Shown here piece by piece: positions 62,072 through 64,000 of a stretch of 64,000 nt of DNA. Each line of letters begins with the position of its first letter. Position 1 is the stretch's first letter. Origin of the DNA: Selaginella moellendorffii (taxonomy: Eukaryota > Plantae > Lycopodiophyta); contig NW_003314268.1 in the NCBI RefSeq assembly GCF_000143415.4, positions 666,128 to 730,127 on the forward strand, read 5' to 3'. The notes beneath the pieces are model-generated. The model saw only the letters and a program-made list of their open reading frames with translations, ran no database searches and was not told the DNA's origin. The position numbers were made by a program, and so were the translations under genes.

Positions 62072-62804
62072 AACTAAATATATATTAAATTATAATATTT
62101 TCTCAAGAAACATAAAATAGTGAAACTAATAAAACTTTATTACCAATAAAAAGTTGCTTTAAATATTAGCATTCTTGATTTCATAGATTTTAAGAACCCA
62201 TAAAAATATAAACTTGCAACATAATAACTAAATAAAGGAAAATGTCGTAAAGAGTAAAAAGAATCAATTAATAATCAAATTTCTACTTGGATTACAATTC
62301 TCAATTTAATCAGTATTTAGTAGGAACTTTTATTTATAATAACCAAACGAAGACAAGTGTTTCTACTTATCAATTTCCTATACAAGAGTATCTAAAAGAG
62401 TGCTTGTGTGTGGAGGCTGGTAAAATGTTGCAATGCTGATCTATCTATCAAACTGCAAGAAATTGCAGAGGTGAAGGGAAGTCTCTTGCCAATTGTTACA
62501 AGTGCGATGGCCTTTAGACTCTCATTCACGATTTGAAGCTTTCTTTGATGCTCACGTACAGCAATCTTACAAGTTTGATTGGTGGCGACGTGCAGAAATT
62601 TAGTTTTTTTCCCATACAATGGTAACAACTTTGACTGTCTGGAAGGAGGTGGGCAAGCCTTTTCATCCGCTTATGACCTTCTAGACCAAGTCAAATGGCT
62701 TTATACCATATGGAACAACTGGAGGTGCGTACATATTAGCTCCTGAGTTCTTGCTCTAACGTGGTGTCGTGGTGTCGTGTGCCTGGGTGCCTAGAAAGTC
62801 GAAC

Positions 62805-64000
62805 ACCTTCGCTATCACCATCGTTACCCCACAGTCCAGCAGGAGATTTAAGGCAAAGCGTCCTTTATCAACGTGCACGTCTTCAAAGGCTTTGGAATTC
62901 TTCTAGTCTCATGTGATTTTGCTTTTTCCCAGAACCACTGGAGGTTCTTGTTAATAGTATGACTCTCATCATTGTTTTTTCTTGTTTCGTTCTTTTTATT
63001 TCACAGGTGGAGCTGCTAAATTCCCAGTGGATTGAAGATCGTTCATTTGGTCGGGTCGGTTCAAATTTACATGCTATGTGATGGTAATGCGTCTGGAGCA
63101 AACTATGTAAGATCTTATTTTCCTCAGCTGGATTTGTTTTTCCATTTTCTAATCAAGTTACGGGGACAAACTGATCAGGAATCCTTGCAAACGTACAAGA
63201 AGATCCACGATGTTAGAGACAAGTCTACAGATTGCAAATACTCGGCCTACATGGTAAAGTTCACGAGTTTTTCGGGGGATGCCTTGCCAAGCGGCTGCGC
63301 CGCAAGCCCTAGCGTGCTCTAGGTATCATCTTGTTGCTAGGATCAAAGTCGGATCTCGGACCTTTCAGAGATTCAAACATTATGAATTTGAACATTAAAT
63401 CATCGTTTTTACAGCTAAATCAAAGAAAATGATATGAAAAAAACTATCACGAGTCTGAACTATTCCGCTGCTCACTGCTCTTTAGCTGCTTCCACTTTTC
63501 TTTTTGAAGCTGCTGCCCCTGCTTGGTTTAAGAAATTTTTCGTCTTTAAGCTGCTCAATCTTTGCTGCTCGATCTTAGCTGTTTCAGCCTGCTCCCTTTC
63601 TCTCCAAGTTTTAAAATCATCTTACAGTTTTCCATTCCCACTTGCTCGATTCTTATGATCTCTGACGCTGGTTTTATCTTTCGCTGCTTCAAGTCCTGCT
63701 CCACCCTCATTTACATATTCTTCTGGCGGCCTCCTATGATCTGGACCAAGTTGGCAGTCAGACTATTTTCCAAATAGAAAAGAAACATAATCTCTCAACT
63801 CACAAGTTGGCCAGAATAAGCAGCTCCTTAGCGTAGTCTCTGAGATGTTTTATTTATTTAGTCTCGAAGAGACGGCCTCCAACGATCTGGACCAAGTTGG
63901 AGCTCAGAAGATATTCCACCAGAGGAGAAAATTAAAAAACAAAAAAATACCATAGGATTTGTTGCTGATACTAAAGGAGCTACCATCACAATTTGTGTGT
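62805..64000. repeat. Segmental duplication, copy 2 of 43170-44410, same orientation, runs off the window end
   Basis: Colinear near-identical sequence with indels and one micro-inversion. Confidence 0.92.

Noticed and set aside
62392-62760. Coding-like fragment ending YILAPEFL, suggestive of a kinase APE motif
   Set aside because: No other kinase subdomains, and several stops.
1-64000. Prokaryotic systems (CRISPR arrays, operons, defence islands) or a bacterial origin of kdsA
   Set aside because: The sequence is intron-rich plant DNA with no repeat-spacer array. kdsA has many spliceosomal introns and is a normal plant gene for RG-II Kdo synthesis.

Overview
Eukaryotic plant nuclear DNA, most consistent with a Selaginella-type lycophyte. 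This is an inference from gene-dense blocks, introns of about 50-60 nt, many short-repeat PLS/E-class PPR genes and AT-decayed LTR retroelements. Apparently intact genes: an intronless non-RD G-type lectin S-receptor-like kinase, a GDSL esterase/lipase, a WD40 AAMP/Sqt1-like protein, a GT-2 trihelix transcription factor, tRNA-Ala(AGC), an atypical P5-type ATPase, two PPR genes, KDO-8-phosphate synthase (kdsA), a secreted protein with an unrecognised N-terminal domain plus a C-terminal bulb/GNA lectin, a Lzipper-MIP1/DUF547 protein and a PMEI-PME pectin methylesterase. There are also many relics: PPR, PMT methyltransferase, kinase, GDSL and tRNA-Gln pseudogenes, and a decayed coiled-coil locus that is duplicated at the window end. 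About 49-61 kb is a nest of decayed LTR elements that includes a TRIM and a gag-protease-only element. There are two 100-N assembly gaps. The best novelty candidates are the P5 ATPase with a non-canonical SPLLP M4 motif and the orphan-domain/GNA-lectin secreted protein. Exon boundaries were read by eye and TE boundaries are approximate.
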